Part shown: piece by piece, positions 10,391-20,097 of the stretch | How the letters are laid out: every line of letters begins with the position of its first letter | Numbering within the stretch: the stretch's first letter is position 1 | From: Verrucomicrobiota bacterium | Lineage (GTDB): Bacteria > Verrucomicrobiota > Verrucomicrobiia > Limisphaerales > AAA164-E04 | Direction: 5' to 3' | Length of the DNA stretch: 64,000 nucleotides | Assembly: GCA_047947115.1 (NCBI GenBank) | Contig: CP170459.1 | Span: 3,072,001 to 3,136,000, forward strand | Translations under genes and position numbers: made by a program | The notes under the pieces: model-generated | Seen by the model: the letters and a program-made list of their open reading frames with translations, nothing else | Told to the model about the DNA's origin: nothing | Database searches by the model: none

Positions 10391-11257
10391 ATGAGTGAAA
10401 ATCCCTATGCCCAACTGGTGTCCGGTTACGCCAAAGCTTTCCGAGATGGAAAACAGTTTCAAAACGGCGGTTTTCCCGCTCCTTCGCGGCCAGCGCTGGC
10501 TCCCGATGCGCCTAAAGCATTGATCTTTTCTCCCCATCCGGACGACGAATGCATCATCGGCGGACTGGCCTTGAGGTTGCTCAAGGAATCCGGTGTGCGT
10601 GTGATCAATGTTGCCGTCACCCAGGGAAGCAATCGTGAACGTCAACAAGCCCGACTCGAAGAACTGAAAGGAGCCTGTGATTACATGGGCTTCGGATTGA
10701 TCACCACAGGTGAGAATGGTTTGGAGGGGATTCACACCAAACGACGTGAAAGTGATCCGGTAGGTTGGGCCAAGGATGTCGAGGTGATTCGAGGTATCCT
10801 GGATAAAGAAAAGCCAGCCGCGATCTTTGTGCCGCACGCCACTGATTGGAACTCCACTCACATTGGAGTGCATTGGTTGGTGATGGATGCATTGGAGAAA
10901 ATGCCTGCTGATTTTATAACCCTCTTCATCGGTACTGAATATTGGGGAGCCATGGACGATCCGAACCTGATGGTGGCGTCCAGCGAAGAAGATGTGACCG
11001 AAATGGTCAGTGGCACTTCGTTTCACGTCGGGGAAGTGACGCGTAATCCATTCCACCTCCTTCACCCAGCCTGGATGCAGGACAACGTGCGTCGTGGTAG
11101 TGAATTGGTCGGCGGGCAAGGGGAGGCCGCTCCGGATTTTTCATTTGCAACCCTCTACCGAGCCAGCCGTTGGCAGAACGGATCCATTCAACCCGCATGG
11201 GAAGGCGGACGGATGATTCGGCTGGAAGAGGACCCAAGCGTGAGCTTGGGAATTTAA
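10391..11257 (+). CDS. PIG-L/LmbE family deacetylase
   Basis: FSPHPDDE motif, VTQGS and R..E...A. Confidence 0.85.
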   Translation: MSENPYAQLVSGYAKAFRDGKQFQNGGFPAPSRPALAPDAPKALIFSPHPDDECIIGGLALRLLKESGVRVINVAVTQGSNRERQQARLEELKGACDYMGFGLITTGENGLEGIHTKRRESDPVGWAKDVEVIRGILDKEKPAAIFVPHATDWNSTHIGVHWLVMDALEKMPADFITLFIGTEYWGAMDDPNLMVASSEEDVTEMVSGTSFHVGEVTRNPFHLLHPAWMQDNVRRGSELVGGQGEAAPDFSFATLYRASRWQNGSIQPAWEGGRMIRLEEDPSVSLGI

Positions 11258-11405
11258 AATAGTGAATGGTGCGCCGAAGGGTGGCTGCAGGTAGATTCCT
11301 GATGATATCGGGATCTCGGTCCGCCCGCTAGCGTCAGCTATGCGGATGTGGGGTGATTGAATACCGGAGGCTTCCCCAAACGGATGGCAGTTTTGGTGAT
11401 GGAGG

Positions 11406-11443
11406 CCACAAGGAGACGCGCCGAGACACCACGTTCTACCTGG
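11406..11443. repeat. GTAG-type REP-like repeat family B, copy 1
   Basis: CCACAAGGAGACGCGCCGAGACACCACGTTCTACCTGG resembles the reverse complement of 29544-29580. Confidence 0.7.
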
Positions 11444-11458
11444 GGGAGACTGCTGCGT

Positions 11459-11671
11459 TTAATCTTTGTTATCCTGGTAATCGAGCAGGTCGCCCGGTTT
11501 GCAGTCGAGGTGTTTGCAGATGGCTTCGAGGGTCGAGAAGCGGATGGCTTTGGCTTTGCCTGTTTTCAGGATGGAGAGGTTTTGAGGAGCGATGCCGATG
11601 GCGGCAGCGAGTTCGTTCAACCTCACTTTTCGTTTCGCCATCATGACGTCCAGGTTAATAATGACTGGCAT
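11459..11671 (-). CDS. Cro/C1-type HTH transcriptional regulator (YozG-like)
   Basis: LDVMMAKRK...NLSILKTGKAKAIRFSTLEAIC..LDC.PGDLL. Confidence 0.92.
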   Translation of the reverse strand: MPVIINLDVMMAKRKVRLNELAAAIGIAPQNLSILKTGKAKAIRFSTLEAICKHLDCKPGDLLDYQDNKD

Positions 11672-11708
11672 GTCTGTTTTCTAATTTGAAACTTTCCGCG
11701 CAGCTTTC

Positions 11709-12329
11709 TTAAACCGTCAGTTCCTGTTCTTCCCGAACCTTTCTGCCTTCATCAATCACACCAATAGCGATGAAGATCATCAGGGCGACTGCGATGGGTT
11801 CGAGGTTGATGCCATTGAATTGGAGACCGAACATACCGAAGCCAATATAGGTGACATGCACCGCAAGAGACTCTGCCAATTCAGGCCCAGGCAAAGCGGG
11901 CACAGTTGATCCCATGATGAAGTGAGAGAGGATTTGATTGAACAGGCCGAATGCCGCAAAGAAGAGGAATAGTTTTCCAATCTTTTGCAGAAGACTCAGG
12001 GAAGATTCTGAAAAAACCATCCCGGTTTCACATAACTTGAACAAACGCGCCACTAGCCAATACCACCAGCATAGCAGAAGGGAGGATGCCGTATTTAAAG
12101 CCAGATATCCCAATGTTGAGAAGGAGTAGTCCATTGGGAATTGATATCCCATAAATCTTGGATTGAGTATCGACAGAACTCTGGAAGCAAAATTGTTGTC
12201 AGACACTGCCATGGTGTAGGCAGCGTATGCGAAATACCCTAAAAACAACAACCGACCAGCTCGGCTGAACCAGAACAGTCGTTCCTGGGAATTGCTGAGT
12301 GAAATACCGAAAAAGGACTTTGTTGTCAT
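11709..12329 (-). CDS. DUF2975 family membrane protein
   Basis: About 4 TM; C-terminus EGRKVREEQELTV; sits directly upstream of the YozG-like HTH, the usual pairing. Confidence 0.85.
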   Translation of the reverse strand: MTTKSFFGISLSNSQERLFWFSRAGRLLFLGYFAYAAYTMAVSDNNFASRVLSILNPRFMGYQFPMDYSFSTLGYLALNTASSLLLCWWYWLVARLFKLCETGMVFSESSLSLLQKIGKLFLFFAAFGLFNQILSHFIMGSTVPALPGPELAESLAVHVTYIGFGMFGLQFNGINLEPIAVALMIFIAIGVIDEGRKVREEQELTV

Positions 12330-12346
12330 AGGAGTATCTATATTCC

Positions 12347-12381
12347 GATAAATCTGATTATCAAGAAAAAATTAATGATAA
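12347..12381. promoter_or_regulatory. Candidate autoregulatory operator (GATAA/TTATC half-sites)
   Basis: GATAA-N6-TTATC and TTATCA-N12-TGATAA dyads in the AT-rich region upstream of the DUF2975-HTH operon. Confidence 0.4.
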
Positions 12382-12473
12382 ACATGAATTAAAGCATTTT
12401 AAACATGTGGTTTTGCTTGGTTGCTGTGTTCAGCTGATCTTGGTGAGCGGCCAGTTAAAGACAGCCAGGAGCT

Positions 12474-12659
12474 CTCTGGAGTGCGGTGAGCATCACCGCT
12501 TTGGATAAGGTCCGGCTTCACAAACAGTGATCAAATTTTTACAACGAGAACTTTCGCGTCGAGAGATCCCTTTTGGAGCGATGGTTTGGGTTGTGTCTTT
12601 AGGAAACCATCACGTTTCCCTGGTGTATCCAGAGCGGTGTTGATCACCGTATTCCAGAG
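12474..12659. repeat. REPIN/MITE-like element with ~34-bp imperfect inverted arms
   Basis: CTCTGGAGTGCGGTGAGCATCACCGCTTTGGATA (12474-12507) pairs with TATCCAGAGCGGTGTTGATCACCGTATTCCAGAG (12626-12659). Each arm is itself palindromic. Confidence 0.75.
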
Positions 12660-12745
12660 GGCGTTCGGGTTTTTGTTGTGAAAGTAATGGCTCGTCTCGA
12701 GTTTGGTTTCCGGTTACCGTTGATTTGAATCCAGACAGCAAGGTT

Positions 12746-14233
12746 ATGAAACGTTATCTCCGCATTTTGTGGTTGGGACTTTTGATCAGTGTGGCTGCGC
12801 AGACGGCCGATCGTCGTCCCAATGTTCTGTTCATTATTTCTGACGATCTCAATACGTCTTTGGGGTGTTATGATCATCCTTTGGTGAAAACGCCGAACAT
12901 CGATAAATTGGCGGCGCGCGGGATTCGGTTTGACAAGGCGTATTGTCAATTTCCGTTGTGTGGGCCCAGTCGAAATTCCATGTTGTGTGGACTATATCCC
13001 AACGCCACTGGCATTCATCGTAATTCCGAGATCTTTCGCCAGACCATCCCATCGCATCATAGTCTTTCACAAGCCTTCCGTCTTGAAGGATACTTCGCGG
13101 GGCGGATTGGAAAGCTCTATCATTATAATGTTCCCAAATCAGTTGGTACAAACGGTCATGACGACCCGGGTTCATGGGAGCTGGAACTGAATCCTGCCGG
13201 TTGCGATCGTCTGGAAGAGGAAGGAGAGATATTCAGTCTGAGGCCGGGGAATTTCGGGGGAACGCTCAGTTGGTACGCCTCTCCACAATCGGATGAAAAA
13301 CATACCGATGGCATGCTCGCCAACGACGCTGAATGGGTATTGGAACGTTGTGCGCGTGACCAGGATCGTCCCTTCTTCATTGCGGTGGGGTTTTATCGAC
13401 CGCATACACCTTACGTCGCTCCGGCCACTTATTTCGAGGGGTATCCTGAAGCCCGAATGCCGGTGGTTCAAGGTGTGGAAGAGGATGTTAAGGATCTCCC
13501 CTCAATGGCGCTGGGCAGTCATAAGAAGGAACACGATCTGTTGAACGATGATTTACGGCGCAAGGCGGTGCAGGCCTACTTTGCCAGTATTACCTTTATG
13601 GATGCCCAGGTCGGAAAGGTCCTGGATGCTTTGGAACGTCTGGGCTTGGCGGAGAATACCATTGTCGTTTTCACCAGTGATCATGGTTATCACCTGGGGG
13701 AACATGGTCTATGGCAGAAAATGAGTTTGTTTGAACAAAGCGCGCGCGTTCCCTTGATCATGGCAGGGCCGGGGATTCCGTCCAAAGGCGCCACAGCCGA
13801 AACACCGGTTGGTTTAGTGGATCTGTATCCTACCTTGACCGAAATGTGCGATGTTCAGGCTCCCGGAAATTTACAGGGGCAGAGCTTGGTGCCTATTCTT
13901 AGTAATCCTTCCGAAAAGGGACGTGGTTGGTCATTGACCCAGGTGACCAGAAGACGCACCGGCCCCAAAAAGGATTGGGTGTATGGCTATACCTTGCGAA
14001 CAGATCGATGGCGCTACACCGAGTGGGACAACGGAGACGAAGGTCGGGAACTCTATGATCACCATCAAGACCCTTTGGAGCAGTCCAATTTGATTGGATC
14101 CGGTGATCACGCTGAAACGATTGAAAGCCTCGAATCTCTCATGAAGGAGGCCATGGCGACCACTTTCCCTGCTTCCGGAGAGATTCCCGAACTCAAGACG
14201 CAGGTGTGGGCGCCCAATCTGACGCATCCTTAA
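12746..14233 (+). CDS. Sulfatase (iduronate-2-sulfatase/choline-sulfatase-like), secreted
   Basis: Signal peptide, PNVLFIISDD, CGPSR formylglycine motif, GKLYH and SDHG. Confidence 0.93.
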   Translation: MKRYLRILWLGLLISVAAQTADRRPNVLFIISDDLNTSLGCYDHPLVKTPNIDKLAARGIRFDKAYCQFPLCGPSRNSMLCGLYPNATGIHRNSEIFRQTIPSHHSLSQAFRLEGYFAGRIGKLYHYNVPKSVGTNGHDDPGSWELELNPAGCDRLEEEGEIFSLRPGNFGGTLSWYASPQSDEKHTDGMLANDAEWVLERCARDQDRPFFIAVGFYRPHTPYVAPATYFEGYPEARMPVVQGVEEDVKDLPSMALGSHKKEHDLLNDDLRRKAVQAYFASITFMDAQVGKVLDALERLGLAENTIVVFTSDHGYHLGEHGLWQKMSLFEQSARVPLIMAGPGIPSKGATAETPVGLVDLYPTLTEMCDVQAPGNLQGQSLVPILSNPSEKGRGWSLTQVTRRRTGPKKDWVYGYTLRTDRWRYTEWDNGDEGRELYDHHQDPLEQSNLIGSGDHAETIESLESLMKEAMATTFPASGEIPELKTQVWAPNLTHP

Positions 14234-14287
14234 GGGTATTTGTCCTTTTATCCGCAGATGGAATGAATTGAAAGGGATATTAAGTTT

Positions 14288-15931
14288 ATGAAACACGTTT
14301 TTTTGACTCGTTGTGGGCTCTTGGCTACTTGGGTGGCATTGGGGCTTGGTTTGTTGATAGTTCGATCGGAAGCCGCTGATCGGCCGAATATCATTGTCAT
14401 TCTGGTGGACGACATGGGGTATTCGGATATCGGATGTTATGGCGGTGAAATTCAAACGCCGAACATTGATCGCCTGGCCAGAGGAGGTCTGCAGTTTACC
14501 CAGTTCTATAATACGGGGCGTTGTTGTCCGACCCGGGCGAGTTTGATGACGGGTTTGCATCCGCATCAGGCTGGTATTGGTCATATGACGGAAACGCCCC
14601 AGGGACCCAGTCCGCTCAGTGATCACCCATACCAGGGATTTCTTAACGAGCAATGTAATACGATTGCAGAAGTGTTGAAAAAGGGGGGCTATCATACCTT
14701 GATGACCGGTAAATGGCATTTGGGATACCACGACAAGGGCAACTGGCCCCTGCAACGCGGGTTTGATAAATATTTCGGTATTATTTCAGGGGCCTCGCAT
14801 TTCATGAACCCTCAGCCACCGCGCGGATTGACCTTCATGAACGAGCCGTTTTCACCCGGCCCTGGATTTTATACGACTGACGCTTTCACCGATTACGCCA
14901 TGCAGTTCATTCGCGAATCACGTCAGAACAGTGAAGATCCCTTTTTCCTTTATCTGGCATACAACGCGCCTCACTGGCCCTTGCATGCCAAGTCTGGTGA
15001 CCTGGCCAAATACGAAGGGAAGTACCGGGGAGGGTGGCATGCCCTGATGGAACAGCGTTTGTCCAGGCAGCGTGAAATGGGGCTGATCGATCCTTCCTGG
15101 AATGCGGCTCCTCATGAGGGCCCTGAATGGGATTCACTGGATGAAGAAACCCGCCGATTGCTTGACCTGCGCATGGCGGCTTATGCGGCTTGTATTGATT
15201 CAGTGGATCAAAATGTTGGCAGATTGGTGGCATTCCTGAAACATCAGGGGTTGTATGAAAACACATTGATTTGTTTCATGTCCGATAATGGGGCCTGTCA
15301 GGAAGGGGGCATTCTGGGAAGTGGCACGGAAGAGCAAGTTCGGGATCCGTTGCTCAGTAAGGGAACGGCCGGACCTCGTTGCGGTCAAGCCTGGGCCAAT
15401 GCTTCAAACGCGCCTTTTCGATATTACAAACATTTCGTGCACGAAGGCGGGATGGCAACTCCGATGATTGCGCATTGGCCGGCCGGGATTCCATGGCAAT
15501 CCCGGGGTTCATTTGTGAGAGAGATCGGTTATCTTCCGGATTTCATGCCCACGTTCATCGAATTGGCCGGTGCGGAGTATCCTGAAGTCCGCAAGGGGCA
15601 AAAGGTGCACCCCATGGCAGGGACCTCCCTGTTGCCTCTTTTCAAAGGAGGCAATCAACCGGTTCATCGTCAACCTGTGTATTGGGAACATGAAGGTAAT
15701 CGTGCCATGCGGGACGGCAAATGGAAACTCTCCTGGTCGGGGAAAGGACCCTGGGAACTTTATGACATGGAAGCGGACCGCACAGAAATGCATGACCTGG
15801 CGCAATCCTTGCCGGACCGCCTAAATGCCATGGTTCAAAAATGGGAGACCTGGGCCAAAGGAGTGGGTGTGAGCTTTCCGGATCCAATCAGTTATTACAA
15901 AGTCTTCAACGATTCGAGGAAGCAGTATTAA
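14288..15931 (+). CDS. Arylsulfatase, secreted
   Basis: PNIIVILVDDMG, CCPTRASLMTG, GKWHLG and SDNG. Confidence 0.94.
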   Translation: MKHVFLTRCGLLATWVALGLGLLIVRSEAADRPNIIVILVDDMGYSDIGCYGGEIQTPNIDRLARGGLQFTQFYNTGRCCPTRASLMTGLHPHQAGIGHMTETPQGPSPLSDHPYQGFLNEQCNTIAEVLKKGGYHTLMTGKWHLGYHDKGNWPLQRGFDKYFGIISGASHFMNPQPPRGLTFMNEPFSPGPGFYTTDAFTDYAMQFIRESRQNSEDPFFLYLAYNAPHWPLHAKSGDLAKYEGKYRGGWHALMEQRLSRQREMGLIDPSWNAAPHEGPEWDSLDEETRRLLDLRMAAYAACIDSVDQNVGRLVAFLKHQGLYENTLICFMSDNGACQEGGILGSGTEEQVRDPLLSKGTAGPRCGQAWANASNAPFRYYKHFVHEGGMATPMIAHWPAGIPWQSRGSFVREIGYLPDFMPTFIELAGAEYPEVRKGQKVHPMAGTSLLPLFKGGNQPVHRQPVYWEHEGNRAMRDGKWKLSWSGKGPWELYDMEADRTEMHDLAQSLPDRLNAMVQKWETWAKGVGVSFPDPISYYKVFNDSRKQY

Positions 15932-16005
15932 GATCTCGCAACACATCATCCAATTCCGAAATGCATTGTCGATGGAGGCCTGTAGCCAGACCCCCTCGTC
16001 GGTCC

Positions 16006-16890
16006 TTACCTTTTTGCGCGTTTGGTCCACTCCGGAGCCAGTTCAACCAACAGCATGGATGCGAACATCAATGCACAGCCAAAATATCCCTTAACCCCCA
16101 TTCGCTCCCCCAGAAAAATTGCTCCAAACAAGGCCGCAAACAAAGCTTCTGAAGACAGGAAAATTGCCGCTTGGGATCCGGTGGTGAATCGTTGTGCCAC
16201 TGCCTGCAGTGTAAAGGCCACTCCACTTGAAAAAATGCCGGCATACAAAATCTCCTTCATGGCAGCTTGGATTGCTTCCCACTTCCAAGGTTCAAGGACC
16301 ATCGCCACCGTCAATCCCAAAAGGGCACACACGCCAAACTGAACGGCTGACAAGGTGAATGGACGTGCTGTGTCCCGACTGAACTTGCCAATCATGATCA
16401 CCTGCACTGCCCAGAAGCCAGCGCACAAAATCGTCAGCAGATCTCCTGTCCGCAACTTCGAAAAATCCCCTCCGCTCAACAAGTAAATTCCTCCCAAAGT
16501 CAGGGTGGCGGCAGGCCATACAATGAAATGCGGACGTTCTCTCAACAGCGCCACCGCCAGGAACGGCGTGACGATCACATACAAGCCGGTGAGAAATCCC
16601 GAGTTGGTTACGGTGGTGGTCAGTAGCCCTGTCTGTTGAGATGCCATACCTAGAAACAGCACCACACCAATGGCAGAAAGCCCAAACCAATCCTTACGTT
16701 GAAGTGTGCGCGGGGCGGCCTGGGATTCACGCCATGCCAGAGGCAGCAATATCAGCGTGGCGATCAAGAAACGTAAGCCAACGAACAGAAAAGGCCCCAG
16801 ATTATCCATGGCGCTGGACTGAGCCACAAAGCCCATCCCCCAAATGGCCCCGGCCAGCAGCAAAGACAGATTGGCTTGTTTTCTTGTCAT
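16006..16890 (-). CDS. DMT/EamA family transporter
   Basis: About 10 TM; IWGMGFVAQ, GDLLT and LGER duplicated EamA pattern. Confidence 0.9.
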   Translation of the reverse strand: MTRKQANLSLLLAGAIWGMGFVAQSSAMDNLGPFLFVGLRFLIATLILLPLAWRESQAAPRTLQRKDWFGLSAIGVVLFLGMASQQTGLLTTTVTNSGFLTGLYVIVTPFLAVALLRERPHFIVWPAATLTLGGIYLLSGGDFSKLRTGDLLTILCAGFWAVQVIMIGKFSRDTARPFTLSAVQFGVCALLGLTVAMVLEPWKWEAIQAAMKEILYAGIFSSGVAFTLQAVAQRFTTGSQAAIFLSSEALFAALFGAIFLGERMGVKGYFGCALMFASMLLVELAPEWTKRAKR

Positions 16891-17169
16891 GCGGATCGAG
16901 CAGCCATCTACCCTGGATGGACGCAGGACAAAAAAATAGATTCCTAACAACGGAGGGGCAAGCTCCGTCTTGAACCCACTTCAATCCTTGAGGCATAAGA
17001 ACCGCTGAAGAGACACCATGGAAACCCTAAAACATCACAAATACCTATACCTTCCAAACAAGCAATGTGCCGTGTCTTGGGAACCTTCGCGATAAAAGTT
17101 AGTGAAGCAGCCCTTTCCTCCACCAACTTCCAAGTCTTTATATGATTTTAAAACCTTCGCGTCCCTGGT

Positions 17170-17553
17170 TTAGGAAAGCCATTTGCGTAGCAGGTGGGCA
17201 AGTTCTTTGCGATTGATTTGCTGGTTGGCAATTTGAATCATTGCTTCGTGGAATTGCAACGTGATGTCTACAGATGTGTCTATACCATTTAGTTTCAGAA
17301 AAGTTAAACCTGCTGCGACGGCCGTTCTTTTATTCCCATCGAGGAAAGCTTGAGCTTGGGCAATATGGAAACAATAGGACGAGGCAATATCAAAAAGGTC
17401 TCCATTTTCGTAAAAATAGACTTGCAGTGATTGTGCGACAGCGCTTTAAAGTGCTCCTTCATCCCGAATGCCATCAGTGCCGCCAAAAAGGTCCAAGCCC
17501 TTTCTGTGAAAGAGAATTATTTGATCCAGTGTCAGAAACAATGGCGAACTCAT
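17170..17553 (-). pseudogene. doc: Doc/Fic family toxin interrupted by a nonsense codon
   Basis: Hand translation: MSSPLFLTLDQIILFHRKGLDLFGGTDGIRDEGAL*SAVAQ...HIAQAQAFLDGNKRTAVAAGLTFLKLNG... The TAA is at 17446-17448 (codon 36). The gene is missing from the ORF track. Confidence 0.88.
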
Positions 17554-17735
17554 TGAGCCAATTTCCGAAAGAGTGCCGAGTGTTCGGACATGATCTCATC
17601 CACCGCTTTATGAGCGGATGCATTTGTGGCATAAGTCGGGCCTGATTCCGGCTCCTGGCTCAGGAAATGGATTACCTTTTCCTGTTCGTTGACAGGCATG
17701 CGCTTGAATTCGCTGATGAGTTCTTCTGCTGTCAT
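17550..17735 (-). CDS. Putative antitoxin of the Doc module
   Basis: 61-aa ORF ending IMSEHSALFRKLAQ, like Doc-partner C-termini. Its stop overlaps the doc start (ATGA). Confidence 0.75.
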   Translation of the reverse strand: MTAEELISEFKRMPVNEQEKVIHFLSQEPESGPTYATNASAHKAVDEIMSEHSALFRKLAQ

Positions 17736-17817
17736 CACTTCCAAGTGTCCTATTCCTACATAGAAAATTCAATTTATTTGTGATCGTGATTTCAACGTTC
17801 CTGTAAGTATTGAATAT

Positions 17818-18336
17818 TTATTTATTTGTTGTTTTCCAGCGGGCGAGGGCTTTTTGCATGGAAGGGAAGGCGAGATCGGATTCGGATACCAGCCATGGAT
17901 CGAGCCAGTGGTATCCGGCGACTTCGGTTTGGTCCGGCTTGATCCGTGTGTCCTCGCAGGTTGCGGTGTAAAAGAAATCCAGAACAGGGTAGGTGATGTT
18001 CTTGTAGTTGTATTGGTTTGGAAAACAGGCAAGGTATTGAATGTTGCTTACGGTGAGGCCCACCTCTTCCCTGATTTCCCGTTCCAGCGCATCCTCTGCG
18101 ATTTCACCATTATCGATGAATCCACCCACAACTGCCAGTTTGCCCTTGGCGGGTTCTTTGGCACGTTCAATGAAGAGCATTTGGCCTTTCGTATTCAGAA
18201 TGAGTCCCGCCGCCGCGATGGTTGGATTGAAATAGTAGGTGTATTCGCAGACTTCACACTCGAAAGGGATCTTATCCTCTGGCGTTTTTGGGTGCCCGCA
18301 TTGGGGGCAATGCTTGAATGTGAGGTTTGGCTTCAT
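17818..18336 (-). CDS. NUDIX hydrolase with N-terminal zinc ribbon
   Basis: CPQCG...CEVC and Nudix box GGFIDNGEIAEDALEREIREEVG. Start placed at MKPNL. Confidence 0.9.
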   Translation of the reverse strand: MKPNLTFKHCPQCGHPKTPEDKIPFECEVCEYTYYFNPTIAAAGLILNTKGQMLFIERAKEPAKGKLAVVGGFIDNGEIAEDALEREIREEVGLTVSNIQYLACFPNQYNYKNITYPVLDFFYTATCEDTRIKPDQTEVAGYHWLDPWLVSESDLAFPSMQKALARWKTTNK

Positions 18337-18447
18337 GCTCGTGCGAACCTTCCTCAATGGGGAGGGGACTGGCAAGGGCGAAGTTGGAATTGGAAAACAT
18401 TGCCATTGATTTTGAATTTGGATCTTGCTTAGGTCGTCGTTTCTCAT

Positions 18448-20097
18448 ATGAGAAGTTTCAAGGCCATCCTGTTTCTTTTGCTGGGTGTGGTGCTGATTGT
18501 CGGCGCCATCCTCACTCCGGCGTATCTGCGCGCCGTTGATCGTGGCGTGTTGGAAACAGCCGGGGGTGAACCCGAGTTGGTCAGCGAGGCTTTTTCTTTG
18601 TTGAGTTTGGAAAAACCAGGTGTTGCCGAGTTGCTCTACCGCGCTGCGGTTGTCTCTCAATTGGCCGATTTGCCGAAAGTGGAAACGGCTCTTGGGAATG
18701 CTCGCGGTGAACAGGTCGCGGCCTTTCAACAAGGTGATACCGATCCTTTGATCCAAAACTGGATCCAGCTTCACCGCTTGCAGGGAACAAACGTGGTTTC
18801 TTGGTTTGTGTCCAGTGGGTTTCGTGGTTCTGTCGTGGAACATCTGGAGCAATCCAATCGCCCTGGCGTCCGTGAATTGATGCACAATCGATCCCTTCAG
18901 GCACTGGCGTTGTTTTTCCCGGTTTCAAGTGCTGGAGGGCAGGCTTTTGATTCGGCTATTTTGATGACAGGCCTGCTGTATCAAGAGGATCATCTGAATG
19001 CTTCATTTAGAAAAGAATTGGAAACCCTGGCTGCTGAAGCCAATCGGGGATTGGATACCCGTCCTTTGGAGTCGGTTTATCTGGATCTATTGTCGCTGTC
19101 CAAGCGGCTCAATTGGGGGCAGTTAACCGCCTTTATTCAAAAAGTGGACTCAGCTGCCACGCTTAGAACCCTGGTCCATCATGCTTCGCGGTCCGATGAG
19201 ATGCTGGCCACCGTCTTTTCCGGTGTTTGGTTTGCGGAATCAGGTTCTCAGGTGGCGACTTACCTGCGTCGCTATGCGGAGTCCGGTTCGAAGGACCTGC
19301 AAACTGCCGTTGGTTTCGGGCAAGGTTCGGTGCGGTATCTCATGGCGCGTCAGGAGCCGGTATACGTGAGTTCGATGCGTGAGAGTCTCAGAAGTTTAGG
19401 ACTGTTTCAGCCAGTTGCCCATGCGCTGACGGGTATGACGTTTCGATTGCCCATGATCGGGCTTTTAACCAAGTACCTGTTGTTTCTCTTCGGTAGTTTC
19501 TTTGTGTTTCGTTTGATTTATATGCTGAAACCTGGTCCCGATAAGGTGGAAGCTTCACTTCAGGTGGAGGGGATCGGTATTTTACGGCAGCAGATCATGG
19601 CCTTGGTGGCCTTGATCTTCCTGATCGCGTTTGGCGAACCTTTTCTTGCGCAGGATTCCAAAAAGATGGAAAATCCGATCAATTGGAGATTTCCCGTGGT
19701 CGAATCCGCTGTAACGGAGAAAATTGATAAAATTATGGATACAAAAATCACGCAAATTACCATTCTGGCACTGGTCGTTTTCTTTCTCGTCCAGGTGAGT
19801 ATTTATGCCTTGTGTCTGGTCAAGCTCAAGGAGATCAAAAAGCAGGAGGCAAAGAGCCGGCTCAAGCTCAGATTGCTCGACAACGAAGACAACATGTTCG
19901 ATGCCGGACTTTACGTAGGTTTGGGTGGTACCGTTCTGTCGCTGGTGATGCTGGCCTTGGGGATGGTGAATCCCGGTTTGATGTCCGCTTATGCATCGAC
20001 CTTGTTCGGGATCATCTTTGTTTCCGTGCTGAAGATCTTTCACGTGCGTCCCTATCGGCGCAAATTGATTGTTGAAAACGAGATGGAGTCCGCATGA
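18448..20097 (+). CDS. Membrane protein with C-terminal MotA/TolQ/ExbB-like helices
   Basis: N-terminal TM, ~300-aa soluble domain, then about 5 TM. The last two read YVGLGGTVLSL and AYASTLFG. Confidence 0.65.
   Translation: MRSFKAILFLLLGVVLIVGAILTPAYLRAVDRGVLETAGGEPELVSEAFSLLSLEKPGVAELLYRAAVVSQLADLPKVETALGNARGEQVAAFQQGDTDPLIQNWIQLHRLQGTNVVSWFVSSGFRGSVVEHLEQSNRPGVRELMHNRSLQALALFFPVSSAGGQAFDSAILMTGLLYQEDHLNASFRKELETLAAEANRGLDTRPLESVYLDLLSLSKRLNWGQLTAFIQKVDSAATLRTLVHHASRSDEMLATVFSGVWFAESGSQVATYLRRYAESGSKDLQTAVGFGQGSVRYLMARQEPVYVSSMRESLRSLGLFQPVAHALTGMTFRLPMIGLLTKYLLFLFGSFFVFRLIYMLKPGPDKVEASLQVEGIGILRQQIMALVALIFLIAFGEPFLAQDSKKMENPINWRFPVVESAVTEKIDKIMDTKITQITILALVVFFLVQVSIYALCLVKLKEIKKQEAKSRLKLRLLDNEDNMFDAGLYVGLGGTVLSLVMLALGMVNPGLMSAYASTLFGIIFVSVLKIFHVRPYRRKLIVENEMESA

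Noticed and set aside
11266..11400. tRNA 3' end (TGGTGCGCCG) or glycine riboswitch (CGCCGAAGG)
   Set aside because: No T-loop TTCGA, no cloverleaf and none of the other riboswitch elements.
17818..18885. 355-aa version of the NUDIX ORF
   Set aside because: The extension is antisense to the 18448 gene; the recognisable protein starts at 18336.
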